A stretch of DNA of 49,902 bases, from the NCBI GenBank assembly GCA_021158055.1, contig JAGGVJ010000013.1, forward strand, positions 1-49,902, given 5' to 3'. Position 1 is the first letter of the stretch; every line of letters starts with the position of its first letter. Source of the DNA: Candidatus Iainarchaeum sp. GTDB lineage: Archaea > Iainarchaeota > Iainarchaeia > JAGGVJ01. The notes beneath the pieces were generated by a model. That model was not told the DNA's origin. It worked only from the letters and a program-made list of their open reading frames with translations, and searched no databases. The position numbers and the translations under genes were made by a program. Positions 18,696 through 28,376 of the stretch are shown here, piece after piece.

Positions 18696-20091
18696 GTCTG
18701 CAACTGACGGCCTTATTCACCCGATTGATTACCGCTACCTTGTTCCCGAACTGGTCGGCTTTTTGTCAAACCAGGCAACCCTTGCGTACCGGCTGAAAGT
18801 CGAAGCAGCACACGCGCGGGCTTTTGCGCGTTTTGGCTTGTGTTCAAAGGAAGTTGCAGAGGAGATAACAAAAAAAGCAACCACCGAGTTTGTGTCGTCA
18901 AAAGAAGTCGATGAAAAAGAGCGCGAACTGAAGCATGACATAAGGGCGATGGTTGAAGTTCTCGGGGCGCAGCTCAGCGAAGAGGCAAAGCCGTTTCGGC
19001 ACCTGGGCATGACTTCGTTTGATGTTGTGAACACCGCGCAGACCCTTGCAATAAAGGACTGCACAAAAAAAGCAGTGATTCCGGCTCTTGTAGCACTTGA
19101 AAAAACGCTTATTAAAATTGCGCGAAGGGAAAAAGAAACAGTTCAGATCGGAAGGACGCATGGGCAACACGCAGAACCGATCACTTTCGGTTTTTATATC
19201 TCAAACTTTGTTGACAGGTTCGGGCGCGGGATGCTGAACATAAACAACGCGTCTGAAGCGCTTACCGGGAAAGTTGCGGGAGCTGTCGGAACAAAAGCAC
19301 CGTTTGCGCTTTTTGAAGCAGATGCTGACGCGCTTGAAAAAGCAGTGCTTGATGAGCTCGGGCTCAAACCGGCACCGGTCAGCACCCAGATAGTTCCGGG
19401 TGAAGAGCTTGCAAACTATTTTTCCCAGGTGACAATTTGCTTTGCAACTCTTGCAGACCTTGCAAATGACATGCGCAATCTGCAAAGGACAGAGATAGCT
19501 GAAGTTTTTGAAGGGTTTTCAGACAAGCAGGTCGGCTCTTCAACAATGCCCCAGAAGAGAAATCCGATAAGCTGGGAGAATATAATCAGCCAGTTCAAGG
19601 CAGTCAAGCCCCATATAATCAGCGTTTACGACGATATAATTTCAGAGCACCAGCGCGACCTGACAAACTCGGCGTCTGCAAAGTACTATATTCCTGAATT
19701 CATAAACGCTTTTGTGTACTCTGTCAAGAGGGCGACTTCTGTTCTTGAAAAGCTTGAAATTGACCGTGAATCGATGAAGAGAAATTTTGACTCGAACAAA
19801 GGGTTTGTGCTTGCAGAACCGCTTTATATACTCCTTGCGAAAAATGGCCATCCGGATGCGCATGAGTTTGTGCGAAGAATTGTGGTTTTTGCCCGCGAGA
19901 ACAACTTGTCTTTTACTGAAGCGCTTGCGGAAAACAGCGAATCAAGGCAGTTTATTGACAGTTTGCCTGAAAAGCACCGCGCCATTTTTTCCAGCCCGCA
20001 GAAATACGTCGGGGTGTCAGTTGAAAAGACAGAGGAGATTGCTTTGTTTTGGGAAAGCAGATTAGCCGGTTTGAACAAGGAGTTATTTTGA
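18670..20091 (+). CDS. purB: Adenylosuccinate lyase
   Basis: HPIDYRY, HDI, HLGMTSFD, GRTHGQHA, the SSTMPQKRNP signature loop and HQRDLTNS. Confidence 0.96.
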   Translation: MMIPSKKNESATDGLIHPIDYRYLVPELVGFLSNQATLAYRLKVEAAHARAFARFGLCSKEVAEEITKKATTEFVSSKEVDEKERELKHDIRAMVEVLGAQLSEEAKPFRHLGMTSFDVVNTAQTLAIKDCTKKAVIPALVALEKTLIKIARREKETVQIGRTHGQHAEPITFGFYISNFVDRFGRGMLNINNASEALTGKVAGAVGTKAPFALFEADADALEKAVLDELGLKPAPVSTQIVPGEELANYFSQVTICFATLADLANDMRNLQRTEIAEVFEGFSDKQVGSSTMPQKRNPISWENIISQFKAVKPHIISVYDDIISEHQRDLTNSASAKYYIPEFINAFVYSVKRATSVLEKLEIDRESMKRNFDSNKGFVLAEPLYILLAKNGHPDAHEFVRRIVVFARENNLSFTEALAENSESRQFIDSLPEKHRAIFSSPQKYVGVSVEKTEEIALFWESRLAGLNKELF

Positions 20092-20190
20092 AGAAACAGT
20101 CAGTTTGAAGAAACAGTCAGTTTGAAGAAACAGTCAGTTTGAAGAAACAGTCAGTTTGAAGAAACAGTCAGTTTGAAGAAACAGTCAGTT
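20087..20190. repeat. Perfect 17-bp tandem repeat x6 (VNTR-like)
   Basis: tttgaagaaacagtcag at 20087, 20104, 20121, 20138, 20155 and 20172, with no spacers. The first copy contains the purB TGA stop. Confidence 0.98.
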
Positions 20191-20257
20191 ATGTTTTTTA
20201 GCTTGTTTGTTGCTTTGGATATACTCTGAATAATAAAAGGTTTAAAGGGGGGTTTTT

Positions 20258-20704
20258 TTGAAGGTATTAGTTGCAATGGGAAGCAAGTCTGACCGGAAGA
20301 TTCTTGACAAGGCCGTGAAAATTCTTGACGAGTTTGAAATTCCGTATGAATTTGAATTGGTTTCGTCCCACAGGACACCTGACAAGGTTGACGTTGTCGC
20401 TGAAAGAATAGAGAAAGAGTTTGATGTCTGCATTGCAATCGCAGGGCTTTCAGCGGCTCTTCCCGGAGACATTGCCGCAAGAACCACGAAGCCGGTTATC
20501 GGATGCCCGGTGGATGTAAAGCTTGGCGGGCTTGACGCGTTGTATTCGATTGTGCAGATGCCTCCCGGAACCCCGCTTGCATGCGTCGGAATAGACCGCG
20601 GGGAAAACGCAGCCCTTTTAGCGGCTTCAATTCTTTCGATAAGCAACATGCAAGTCAGGCAAAAAATACTTGAGTACAGGAAAAAAAGGCGCGAAGAATA
20701 CTAA
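20258..20704 (+). CDS. purE: N5-CAIR mutase / AIR carboxylase
   Basis: MGSKSD, SSHRTP, AGLSAALPG, PVIGCP, GLDAL.SIVQMPPG.P and NAA motifs; TTG start. Confidence 0.95.
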   Translation: MKVLVAMGSKSDRKILDKAVKILDEFEIPYEFELVSSHRTPDKVDVVAERIEKEFDVCIAIAGLSAALPGDIAARTTKPVIGCPVDVKLGGLDALYSIVQMPPGTPLACVGIDRGENAALLAASILSISNMQVRQKILEYRKKRREEY

Positions 20705-20765
20705 AAACGCGCTTAAAGCGGCAAACCAATTCCGGAAAATGACAAAGCGAAAAAGAGGTGTTGTT

Positions 20766-21251
20766 TTGGAAATGCGAATACTTGAAAGGAAAAACATGGA
20801 AATGCATGAAGTCATTGTCGGACAGGCAAATTTTACCATAAAGACAATTGATGATTTGTACGACGCGGTTTATTCAGCTGTTCCTGATGTGAAATTCGGG
20901 GCGGCAATGAACGAGGCAAAACCCCGGCTTACAAGAGCAGTCGGGACAGATGAGAACCTCAAGCAGGAAGCGTCAAAGCTGTGCAACGAGATTGCGGCAG
21001 GGCACGTTTTTGTTGTTTACCTGAAGGGTGCGTTTCCGATTCACGTGATGAACGCAGTCAAATCACTTCCGACTGTCTGCACGGTGTTTTTGGCAACAAG
21101 CAACCCGTTCCAGATAATCGTCGGCGAAACAGGGCTTGGAACGGCGGTTCTTGGGGCGGTTGACGGAAGCAAGGCAACTTCAATAGAGACAGACGGCCAA
21201 AAAAGCGAGCGCCGTGCACTCAAGAAACAGTTCGGCTATGTGCCGGAGTGA
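20766..21251 (+). CDS. Adenosine-specific kinase / AMP-binding family protein (DUF355-like)
   Basis: VIVGQANF.IKTIDDL, FGAAMNEA, IAAGHVF, FPIHVMN, ATSNP.QIIV.ET..G..VLGAVDG and FGY motifs. TTG start 5 nt after GAGGTG. Confidence 0.8.
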   Translation: MEMRILERKNMEMHEVIVGQANFTIKTIDDLYDAVYSAVPDVKFGAAMNEAKPRLTRAVGTDENLKQEASKLCNEIAAGHVFVVYLKGAFPIHVMNAVKSLPTVCTVFLATSNPFQIIVGETGLGTAVLGAVDGSKATSIETDGQKSERRALKKQFGYVPE

Positions 21252-21285
21252 TTTTTTTAATTTAAACTGATGTTTGGTGATTTGC

Positions 21286-21948
21286 GTGACTGAAAAACTT
21301 TACTGGATAGATGCTTATCAAAAAGAATTCGATGCCAAAGTGATCCGTGTTGAAGGAAACAAAATTGTGCTTGACAAGACCTGTTTTTTCGCAAGAAGCG
21401 GCGGGCAGTCTTCAGATACGGGTTATCTTGATTCCGTGCGGGTAATTGACGCAGTAAAAGATGATAATAGTAGTGATATATTTCATGTTCCTGAAGGAAG
21501 CCACGAATTCAAAAAAGACGATGTTGTGCACGGGAAAATTGATTGGAAGAAACGCTATGCAATAATGAAACTCCATTCTGCTTCGCATCTGGTTTACTAT
21601 GTCATGCAGGCAGTTTTCGGCCCAAGCTGCAAAAATGCTTCTTCAGGGTTGATTTCTGAAAATAAAAGTAAAATTGATTACTATTTTGAAGAGCCCCTTG
21701 ACCCTGAAAAACTTGCTCTTGTAAATGATAGGGTGAACTGGATAATAAAACAGGGCCATGATATAGAGACAGGGACGAGAAATGAAAACGAAAGGTACTG
21801 GAAAGTAAGCGGTTTTCCTGAAATGCCTTGCGGCGGAACCCATGTAAAAAACACGTCTGAGATTGGCGAAGTGACAGTAAAAAAAGGCAAGAAACCAGGT
21901 AAAGGCAGGCAACGGATTGAAGTTTCCCTTAAACAGGAAGCAAACTGA
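21286..21948 (+). CDS. alaX: AlaX-type trans-editing alanyl-tRNA deacylase
   Basis: TEKLYWIDAY, LDKTCF..SGGQ..DTG, zinc motifs HSASH and CGGTHV, KGKGRQRI-like C-terminus. GTG start after GGTGAT. Confidence 0.9.
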   Translation: MTEKLYWIDAYQKEFDAKVIRVEGNKIVLDKTCFFARSGGQSSDTGYLDSVRVIDAVKDDNSSDIFHVPEGSHEFKKDDVVHGKIDWKKRYAIMKLHSASHLVYYVMQAVFGPSCKNASSGLISENKSKIDYYFEEPLDPEKLALVNDRVNWIIKQGHDIETGTRNENERYWKVSGFPEMPCGGTHVKNTSEIGEVTVKKGKKPGKGRQRIEVSLKQEAN

Positions 21949-21986
21949 ATTAGACAGGAAAGCAAACTAAACACAGGAACTAAACG
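21929..21986. repeat. Degenerate ~21-bp tandem repeat across the alaX stop
   Basis: ttaaacaggaagcaaactgaa / ttagacaggaaagcaaactaaa / cacaggaactaaac; the TGA stop is in unit 1. Confidence 0.7.
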
Positions 21987-22050
21987 TAAAAACAGTTTTT
22001 TAAACGAGAAGCGGAAGCAAAAGAAAAAAAAACGCAGAAAAGGTAATAAC

Positions 22051-23595
22051 ATGGCTTTTGAAAAAATAATCGTCCTTGATTTCGGAGGGCAATACGCGCA
22101 TTTGATAGCGCGCAGGATAAGGGAAGCCGGAGTGAAAAGCGAAGTTTTCCCGTGTTCTGCGACGGCACAGGAACTGAAAGCCCTTGAGTGTGATTTAGGT
22201 TCAAAGATAAAGGGAATCGTGTTTTCAGGCGGGCCCTCCGGAGTATATGAAGAAAACGCCCCGGAATGCGACCCGCAAATACTTGACCTGGGGGTGCCTG
22301 TTCTCGGGTTGTGTTTTGGGCACCAGCTGATTGCAAAACTTCTTGGCGGGCGTGTTGAAAAAGGCGCAGGGGAATACGGGGTTGCGCAGCTTGAAATACG
22401 AAAGGAAAGCCCTGTTTTTGAAGGGCTTGACGCACGTCAAAGCGTGTGGATGAGCCATGGTGACAGTGTTGTTGAGCCCCCGCAAGGGTTTGATGTCCTT
22501 GCAGGCACGCCTGAGTGCGGGGTGGCTGCGTTTGGAAACGGTTCAATTTTCGGGTTGCAGTTTCACCCGGAAGTGACCCACACAGAAAACGGTCAAAAAA
22601 TGATTTCAAATTTTGTGCTTGAAGTGTGCAGGTGTGAAAAAAACTGGGGCATTGAGGATTTTGCAGAAAAATCGGTTTTGGAAATAAAAAAACAAGTCGG
22701 AAGTTCAAAAGCGATAATTGCGTTGAGCGGAGGCGTGGACAGCTCAGTCGCAACTGTGCTTGGTTCGCTTGCAATGGGAAAAAACCTGACTGCAGTTTAC
22801 GTTGACAACGGGTTCATGCGAAAAGGCGAAACTGATTTTGTGAAAAAAACGTTTGAACAGCACTTTGAACTGAACCTGATTGTTGTGGATGCCAAAGAAC
22901 GGTTTTTTGAAGCAGTGCGCGGGGTGACTGACCCTGAACAGAAACGAAAAATAATCGGGTGCGAGTTCATTAGGGTGTTTGAAGAAGAGGCAAGGAAAAT
23001 AAATGCAGATTACCTGTTTCAGGGGACGATTTACCCTGACAGGATTGAATCCGGCTCAAGCAAACACTCGTCAACAATAAAAACCCACCACAATGTCGGC
23101 GGGTTGCCGGAAGACATTGAATTCAAAGGCATAATCGAGCCTTTGACAGACCTTTACAAAGACGAAGTCCGGAAAGTCGGGGAAAACCTGGATCTTCCAA
23201 AACAAATTGTCTGGAGGCAGCCTTTTCCGGGACCGGGTCTTGCAGTGCGCATAGTCGGGGATGTTACCCCTCAAAAAGTAAAACTGCTGCAGGAAGCAGA
23301 CGCGATTGTCAGGGAAACTGTTTTGCGGTACGGTGTTGAAGACAAAATCTGGCAGTATTTTGCAGTGCTTACAGGCACCAAGTCCACGGGGGTAAAAGGG
23401 GATTCAAGGATGTACGGAGATACAGTTGCAATCAGGATGGTCGAAAGCAGCGATGCCATGACTGCCGGGTTTTTCAAGCCGGACTGGGCGCTTCTCGAAG
23501 AAATCTCCACAAGAATAACAAATACGCTTCCCGAAGTGACAAGGGTGGTTTATGACATAACCCACAAGCCCCCGGCAACAATTGAGTGGGAGTAG
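22051..23595 (+). CDS. guaA: GMP synthase (glutamine-hydrolysing), fused GATase and ATP-pyrophosphatase domains
   Basis: LDFGGQY, SGGP, LGLCFGHQ, WMSHGD, QFHPEV, SGGVDSS, HHNVGGLP, PFPGPGL and KPPATIEWE motifs. Confidence 0.97.
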   Translation: MAFEKIIVLDFGGQYAHLIARRIREAGVKSEVFPCSATAQELKALECDLGSKIKGIVFSGGPSGVYEENAPECDPQILDLGVPVLGLCFGHQLIAKLLGGRVEKGAGEYGVAQLEIRKESPVFEGLDARQSVWMSHGDSVVEPPQGFDVLAGTPECGVAAFGNGSIFGLQFHPEVTHTENGQKMISNFVLEVCRCEKNWGIEDFAEKSVLEIKKQVGSSKAIIALSGGVDSSVATVLGSLAMGKNLTAVYVDNGFMRKGETDFVKKTFEQHFELNLIVVDAKERFFEAVRGVTDPEQKRKIIGCEFIRVFEEEARKINADYLFQGTIYPDRIESGSSKHSSTIKTHHNVGGLPEDIEFKGIIEPLTDLYKDEVRKVGENLDLPKQIVWRQPFPGPGLAVRIVGDVTPQKVKLLQEADAIVRETVLRYGVEDKIWQYFAVLTGTKSTGVKGDSRMYGDTVAIRMVESSDAMTAGFFKPDWALLEEISTRITNTLPEVTRVVYDITHKPPATIEWE

Positions 23596-23707
23596 TTAAT
23601 TTTTGTTTTTGGATTTTTCTTTTTTTGTTTGTTTTTTGACAAAAGTTTATTATTTTTGATGTGCCTTAAATAATATCCCTGATGATCTTGACACATTAAA
23701 TTTTTTC

Positions 23708-23780
23708 GGGCCCGTAGATCAGCTGGAAGATCGCAACGTTCGCAACGTTGAGGCCTGGGGTTCAAATCCCCACGGGTCCA
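23708..23780 (+). tRNA. tRNA-Ala (anticodon CGC)
   Basis: Acceptor stem GGGCCCG/CGGGTCC with the G3:U70 alanine identity pair; D arm GATC/GATC; anticodon stem CAACG/CGTTG with loop TTCGCAA; T arm TGGGG-TTCAAAT-CCCCA. No intron; CCA not encoded. Confidence 0.97.
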
Positions 23781-23785
23781 CTTCA

Positions 23786-23815
23786 TTTTTTGGTTTTTAT
23801 TTTTTCCTTTTTTTG
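23786..23815 (+). terminator. Oligo-T tract, candidate archaeal intrinsic terminator
   Basis: Successive T5-T8 runs directly after the tRNA 3' end. Confidence 0.5.
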
Positions 23816-23887
23816 TCATTTGTGTTTTTAATTTCCTGTTCACTTACGTTTTTAAACTACTTTTTACTTGTTTTTTTTGGTGGTTTG

Positions 23888-26341
23888 ATGGTTTTTGCAA
23901 AGAAAAAACAATTTATTTTATGGTTTGACCAGATCGGGATAGATGACGTTTCAATTGTCGGGGGGAAAAATGCTTCCCTTGGGGAGATGTATCAGAATTT
24001 GACTGCAAGGGGAATAAATGTTCCGAACGGGTTTGCAATCACTGCTTACGCATACCGGTATTTTATTGAAAAAGCAGGGATAGAAGATACAATAAAAGAA
24101 ATCCTTTCAGACCTTGACACTCACGACATTGACAACTTGATGACAAAAGGCCAGAAAATCAGGAGCACCATACTCAAGGCAGAGCTTCCAAAAGAGCTCA
24201 ATGAAGTCATCCTGAAAGCGTACAAGGACCTTTCAGACGCTTACAAGACAGAAGACGTGGATGTTGCAGTGAGAAGTTCGGCAACAGCCGAAGACTTGCC
24301 TGACGCAAGTTTTGCAGGACAGCAGGAAACATATCTCAATATTGAAGGTGAATATATGCTTCTTGACGCGTGCAAAAGGTGTTTTGCGTCTCTTTTCACA
24401 AACAGGTCCATTTCGTACCGGGTTGACAAAAATTTTGATCATTTTTCAGTGTATTTGAGCATAGGTGTCCAGAAGATGGTCAGGAGTGACATGGCGTCTT
24501 CAGGAGTCATGTTTTCAATTGACACCGAAAGCGGCTTCAAAGACGTTGTCCTGATTAACGGCGCATACGGTCTCGGTGAAAACGTGGTTCAGGGAGCAGT
24601 CAACCCGGACGAGTTTTATGTTGCGAAAGCCACGCTTGGTCTTGGAAAAAGGCCGATAGTGAGCAAGAAGATCGGCACAAAAAGAATAAAGATGGTTTAT
24701 TCAAAAGACAGCAACATTCCGACAAAAAACATTCCTGTTTCTGAAAAAGACAGGCATAAGTTTGTCATTTCAGACGACGAGGTTTTGACTCTTGCAAAAT
24801 GGGCTGTTGAGATAGAAGACTATTATTCTCAAAAAGCAGGTCATTTTAAGCCCATGGACATGGAGTGGGCAAAAGACGGCCAGACAAACCAGTTGTTTGT
24901 TGTTCAGGCAAGGCCTGAAACAGTTCAGTCGCAGAGAAACAGGCTGATTCTTGAAGACTATGAGCTGAAGCTTGAAAAAGAAGCGGTAATACTCACAAGC
25001 GGAAGGAGCGTAGGGGACAAAATCGGGCAGGGACGGGCAAATATCATAAAAGATGTCCAGGATATAAAGAATTTTAAGAAAGGGGAAGTTTTGGTGACTG
25101 AAATGACTGACCCTGACTGGGAGCCGATAATGAAAATTGCATCAGCCATCGTGACCGAGCGCGGCGGAAGGACGTGTCACGCCGCGATTGTTTCAAGGGA
25201 ACTTGGTATACCGTGCATTGTCGGAACAGAAAACGCAACAAGAGCAGTAAAAAACAAGACTTATGTCACTGCTTCGTGTTCGCAGGGAGAAACAGGTTTT
25301 GTGTATGAAGGAAAAATTCCTTTTGAAATTCAAAAAATAAACCTTGAAAACGTGCCATCCACAAAGACAAAAATAATGATGAACATCGGAATCCCGTCCA
25401 GGTCGTTTGAGCAAAGTTTTATTCCAAACGACGGCGTGGGTCTTGCAAGGGAAGAGTTCATAATTAACTCGCACATAAAAATTCACCCTCTTGCTCTTTT
25501 GAACTACGAAAACCTTTTAAGCACTAAAATAATTCATCAAATTGACAGGCTGACGGTCGGTTACGATGACAAGGCAGAGTTTTTTGTCGACAAGCTGTCC
25601 CAGGGCGTTGCAATGATCGCAGCTGCTTTTTATCCAAAGGACGTGATTGTGCGTTTGTCTGATTTTAAAAGCAATGAATATGCAAACCTTGTCGGTGGAG
25701 AACTTTTTGAACCAAAGGAGTCAAACCCAATGATCGGGTGGCGCGGGTCTTCCCGTTACTACAGCAAAAAATACAGGGACGCGTTTGCTTTGGAGTGCAT
25801 GGCGCTGAAAAGGGTAAGGGGCACAATGGGTTTTACAAACGTGAAAATAATGGTTCCTTTCTGCAGGACTGTTGAGGAAGGCAAAAAAGTAATTGCTGAA
25901 ATGAAAAAAAACGGCCTTGAACGTGGGAAAAACGGCCTTGAAGTGTATGTGATGTGTGAGATACCGTCAAACGTGATTCTTGCAGACCAGTTCAGCGAAA
26001 TCTTTGACGGTTTCAGCATCGGCTCAAATGACCTGACCCAGTTGACTCTTGGCCTTGACCGCGATTCCGAACTTGTGTCAAGCATTTACGATGAAAGAAA
26101 CGAGGCAGTAAAAAGGCTTATTTCGCAGGTCATTTCAACTGCAAAAAAACACAAGAGGAAGATAGGCATTTGCGGCCAGGCACCATCTGATTTCCCTGAA
26201 TTTGCAGAGTTTTTGGTTGAGTGCGGCATAGACAGCATTTCACTGAACCCAGATTCGCTTGTAAAAACCCGCCTGAGAATAGCAAAAAAAGAAGCGGCTT
26301 TGAAAAAAGAAAAAGGCAAAAAGACTAAAGTCAAAAAATAG
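23888..26341 (+). CDS. ppsA: Phosphoenolpyruvate synthase (pyruvate, water dikinase)
   Basis: VGGKNASLGEM, AVRSSATAED, FAGQQET, QARPETV, phospho-His motif GGRTCHAAIVSRELG, E.NPMIGWRG, SIGSNDLTQ and GICGQ. Confidence 0.97.
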   Translation: MVFAKKKQFILWFDQIGIDDVSIVGGKNASLGEMYQNLTARGINVPNGFAITAYAYRYFIEKAGIEDTIKEILSDLDTHDIDNLMTKGQKIRSTILKAELPKELNEVILKAYKDLSDAYKTEDVDVAVRSSATAEDLPDASFAGQQETYLNIEGEYMLLDACKRCFASLFTNRSISYRVDKNFDHFSVYLSIGVQKMVRSDMASSGVMFSIDTESGFKDVVLINGAYGLGENVVQGAVNPDEFYVAKATLGLGKRPIVSKKIGTKRIKMVYSKDSNIPTKNIPVSEKDRHKFVISDDEVLTLAKWAVEIEDYYSQKAGHFKPMDMEWAKDGQTNQLFVVQARPETVQSQRNRLILEDYELKLEKEAVILTSGRSVGDKIGQGRANIIKDVQDIKNFKKGEVLVTEMTDPDWEPIMKIASAIVTERGGRTCHAAIVSRELGIPCIVGTENATRAVKNKTYVTASCSQGETGFVYEGKIPFEIQKINLENVPSTKTKIMMNIGIPSRSFEQSFIPNDGVGLAREEFIINSHIKIHPLALLNYENLLSTKIIHQIDRLTVGYDDKAEFFVDKLSQGVAMIAAAFYPKDVIVRLSDFKSNEYANLVGGELFEPKESNPMIGWRGSSRYYSKKYRDAFALECMALKRVRGTMGFTNVKIMVPFCRTVEEGKKVIAEMKKNGLERGKNGLEVYVMCEIPSNVILADQFSEIFDGFSIGSNDLTQLTLGLDRDSELVSSIYDERNEAVKRLISQVISTAKKHKRKIGICGQAPSDFPEFAEFLVECGIDSISLNPDSLVKTRLRIAKKEAALKKEKGKKTKVKK

Positions 26342-26378
26342 GCAGCTGAAGATTTGAATAAAATCTCAACAGAGGTAT

Positions 26379-26948
26379 TTACAAAAACTCTTCTGAAAAC
26401 CGTTTTTCCTGTTTTTTTGAGGAGTTGTTGTTTTCAGGGTGGGCTGGTCCTTCGCCGGCAATCGGAAAAGTTTTTTCAGTTTTTTCATCTGCAGGCAGTT
26501 CAGGTGGTTGTTTGTTTTTTACCTGTTTTATAAGCTCTTCCATGACGTCGTATTTTTCAACAGCGGTGGTTTCGTCTGCTTGCGTGTCTGAAAAAAAGTT
26601 TTTTTCAGTTGCGGTTTCATCAGGAAAAACCTTTGTTTTGTTGTTGTCAAAATACATTGTGTCTCCGGCTGCTTTCGCGCTGAAGCTTTTGTCTGGCTGT
26701 TGAGGTTTTTTAAGCCGTTCAAAAATACTTTCGTCAAGTAAGCTGTTGCCAAAAGGTTTAATGTTGTCTGCTTTGCCAAGATTGTCTGCTCTGTCAGAGT
26801 CGCCTGCTCTTTTCCTGTGTTCCCTTGTGAACAGCTTTAACTCACTGATGTCTATTTTCGCATTCTTTCTTGCGCTTTTCCAAAGATGGATGTTGATGAA
26901 AATCAATATTATGTCCGCTGCACCCATCACAATAGTAGCAAAGTCCAT
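26379..26948 (-). CDS. Hypothetical protein with N-terminal TM helix and low-complexity tail
   Basis: ATG 26948 after a GTGAT SD-like motif; hydrophobic N-terminus; internal 18-bp repeat (ADNLGK/ADNIK). Confidence 0.7.
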   Translation of the reverse strand: MDFATIVMGAADIILIFINIHLWKSARKNAKIDISELKLFTREHRKRAGDSDRADNLGKADNIKPFGNSLLDESIFERLKKPQQPDKSFSAKAAGDTMYFDNNKTKVFPDETATEKNFFSDTQADETTAVEKYDVMEELIKQVKNKQPPELPADEKTEKTFPIAGEGPAHPENNNSSKKQEKRFSEEFL

Positions 26949-27068
26949 AAGATCACTATTTACTACTGTGAGGTTACAAATATATAAATATTTGCAAATA
27001 TTATTCAAAATTGTTTTTCGGGCAGAATTCAAGGAATTTGTGTTTTAATTCAAAGATATAAGAGCTTG

Positions 27069-28376
27069 CTAGAAATTTTGCACTTTTATTAGCGTGACGT
27101 TTATTTCAAACGGAATATTGAATTTTTCAGTCATTTTTTTTTCAAGGGCTTTGTTGTCAAAAAACAGGATTTCTTGTTCGGAGTAAGCTGTCACGTTGAC
27201 TGTTATGAAATTGCTTGAGTTAGTCAGCGCGAATTTTTCAATCTTTAGACCGGCGTTGGTAAAGCTGTCAGTGATTTGTTTTTTTGCCTGGGTTTCAATT
27301 GTTTTGTTGTGAACGGTGTTTAGTGTCATGTATGCAATGGGGATTGAAAAAACCAGTATAAGGAAAAAAGTGTATTTTACTGCAGTGCCGAGATTTGAAA
27401 TTGCTTTTTTTTCGTTTGTTGTCCAGCGGGGTCTTATTCCGCGCAGCCAGAAAACGACCATGGCAGCGAAAGCCATTGTGATCATGTTTATGGTCATCAA
27501 AAGCAACGCGTTGAAACTTAAAAATATTGTGGCTTCTCCGGAAAGAAACATCGCAAGCAATATTCCTGTTGTTGATGCGGGAGGCAGGAAAGCGGCTGCC
27601 ACCGCAACCCCCACGAGGCTTTCGTCAAATTTGGAAGTGAAAGCGAATGCCGCTGCAATTCCCGCTGCAAGCGCTATGCTTACGTCCAGCACTGTCGGGT
27701 TTGTTCTTGTTATGATTTCGCTGGTGAGTGTGGCCCAGGGAAAAAAGAGGGTTACGATTACTGAGAAAATGATCACTGTAAATATTCCGAAAATCAGCCC
27801 GACAACGCTTTTTTTGAACAGGTCAAAGTCACCGACGTTTATGCTGAATGCCGCTGATATCAACGGCTGAAGAAACGGCGAAACAATCATTGAGCCGACC
27901 ACGACTGCCATGTTGTTTGCAAGAAGCCCGAGGGTTGCAAGCATTCCTGCAAGGAAACAAAGCAGCATGTAATCAATTGTTATCTTGAAGGAATTTGCAC
28001 TCACATACAGGTCGTCAAATGAAATGTGTGGGATTAGGATGTCATTAAGTTTTTTTCCGTTTGAGAAAATGTCTTTGAAGTAACTGGCGTGTTTTTTTGG
28101 GGCGTCAAGTTCCCCTACTTCGGGTTCGTTCTTGGGTTTTGACCCATTTTCTTCAACAAGGGTTACTTGCGTGTACGCTGAGCATTTTTTCACAAATTTG
28201 TCTATTTTGGCAATTAAGTTGTCGAATTGTTCTTTGTTGACTGTGAATGTGAATATGGCATTGTCTGTTTCAAGGTCGGCGTTTTTTAGTTTTGATATCG
28301 TTGCCCCGGTTGATTTTGCAAGGGTTTCAAGGTAAGAACCGTATTTTTCCCCGATGGTTACGCGTATTTTTTTCAT
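27069..28376 (-). CDS. DUF389 / TIGR00341 family membrane protein
   Basis: LATLGLL.NN.AVVVGSMIVSP, EII.RTNPT.LD..IALAAG.A and LVGVAVAAAFLPP motifs. Confidence 0.88.
   Translation of the reverse strand: MKKIRVTIGEKYGSYLETLAKSTGATISKLKNADLETDNAIFTFTVNKEQFDNLIAKIDKFVKKCSAYTQVTLVEENGSKPKNEPEVGELDAPKKHASYFKDIFSNGKKLNDILIPHISFDDLYVSANSFKITIDYMLLCFLAGMLATLGLLANNMAVVVGSMIVSPFLQPLISAAFSINVGDFDLFKKSVVGLIFGIFTVIIFSVIVTLFFPWATLTSEIITRTNPTVLDVSIALAAGIAAAFAFTSKFDESLVGVAVAAAFLPPASTTGILLAMFLSGEATIFLSFNALLLMTINMITMAFAAMVVFWLRGIRPRWTTNEKKAISNLGTAVKYTFFLILVFSIPIAYMTLNTVHNKTIETQAKKQITDSFTNAGLKIEKFALTNSSNFITVNVTAYSEQEILFFDNKALEKKMTEKFNIPFEINVTLIKVQNF

Noticed and set aside
20087-20190. Possible CRISPR array
   Set aside because: The 17-bp units are directly adjacent with no spacers, and there are no cas genes in the window.
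20151-20480. 109-aa minus-strand ORF running into the 17-bp repeat
   Set aside because: Antisense to purE, with no SD or motif support.
21980-22774. 264-aa minus-strand ORF
   Set aside because: Antisense to the well-conserved guaA, with no recognisable motifs.
23708-23780. tRNA as an integration site of a mobile element
   Set aside because: No integrase and no duplicated tRNA 3' end seen; both flanks are housekeeping genes.
21286-23780. Functional link between alaX and the nearby tRNA-Ala
   Set aside because: They are separated by guaA and a T-rich terminator-like tract; the proximity could be chance.
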